A stretch of 64,000 nucleotides of DNA from an uncultured Alphaproteobacteria bacterium (GTDB taxonomy: Bacteria; Pseudomonadota; Alphaproteobacteria; Rhizobiales; Beijerinckiaceae), in the NCBI GenBank assembly GCA_963772555.1, contig CAVYXQ010000028.1:27369-91368 (forward strand). The letters are read 5' to 3'. Both the position numbers and the translations under genes were made by a program. Each line of letters begins with the position of its first letter. The first letter of the stretch is position 1. This document shows, piece after piece, positions 63,655 to 64,000 of this stretch. The notes beneath the pieces are model-generated. The model had not been told where the DNA came from, did not search any database, and saw only the letters and a program-made list of their open reading frames with translations.

Positions 63655-64000
63655 ATGAAAGCCAAACTGTTTGGAGCCTTAGCCATCGTGATTCTTCCCT
63701 CCATCGCGCTGGCGGCGTCAGGGGCCGGCGCTGCAGGCGGCGCAGGAACGGGGGCGGCCGGGTCGGGGGCTGCCTGAACCGGCGCCGCTGCTGGTCCTGG
63801 CGCGACCGGCGGGAACGGCGCCGGGGCGACGGGAAGCGGGGGCGCTTCGCCGGCGGGCAGCCCGACCGCCAACACGGGCAGCAATCTGCCCGAAACCGGA
63901 GCCGTCAACCGCCCCACGACGGGCGCGACAGGAACGGGCGGCGCGATGACCAGTCCTGACATGACCAACCCTGCGGTCGGGGCCGGCGGCGCTGGCAATC
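63655..64000 (+). pseudogene. Secreted Gly/Ala/Thr-rich protein with an in-frame TGA at 63775-63777, running off the window
   Basis: GGGAG RBS, MKAKLFGALAIVILPSIALA signal peptide; the same low-complexity frame continues past the TGA to the window end. Confidence 0.6.

Noticed and set aside
63775-63777. TGA as selenocysteine
   Set aside because: Low-complexity Gly/Ala context with no redox motif or recognisable SECIS; GGA to TGA is simpler.

Overview
GC-rich alphaproteobacterial (Rhizobiales/Hyphomicrobiales-like) chromosome segment. Left to right: the end of a sugar ABC permease, an Hg(II)-type MerR plus cysteine hydrolase pair with a mer-like operator, aldehyde dehydrogenase, an RpiR/IolR regulator facing a Gfo/Idh/MocA oxidoreductase, a GH13 alpha-glucosidase, aroA, TIGR02300 and tRNA-Ala(GGC). 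The tRNA is followed by a ~22 kb accessory island: a single-ORF IS66-family element, gene debris, and a surface-polysaccharide locus (flippase, YdcF, five glycosyltransferases, UDP-sugar dehydrogenase and epimerase, initiating transferase, methyltransferase, heparinase II/III-like protein, bi-domain oxidoreductase) with IS630 and IS6 remnants. Next come an SPFH plus partner pair, orphan ureEF directly behind rnpB, and core genes (amidase, glnE, two-component pair, DegP-type protease, rpmF, ubiK-like, ADH, clpB). A second IS66 copy carries an extra inverted right end and is followed by small accessory genes and groESL with a CIRCE box. No CRISPR array or intact integrase was seen. Most striking pattern: five +1 frameshifts in the island all revert to a GANTC (CcrM) site when one base is removed, most likely methylation-linked basecalling error, so most 'broken' polysaccharide genes are probably intact. 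Best candidates for undescribed biology: the MerR-hydrolase unit, the SPFH-partner pair and the IS end architecture.
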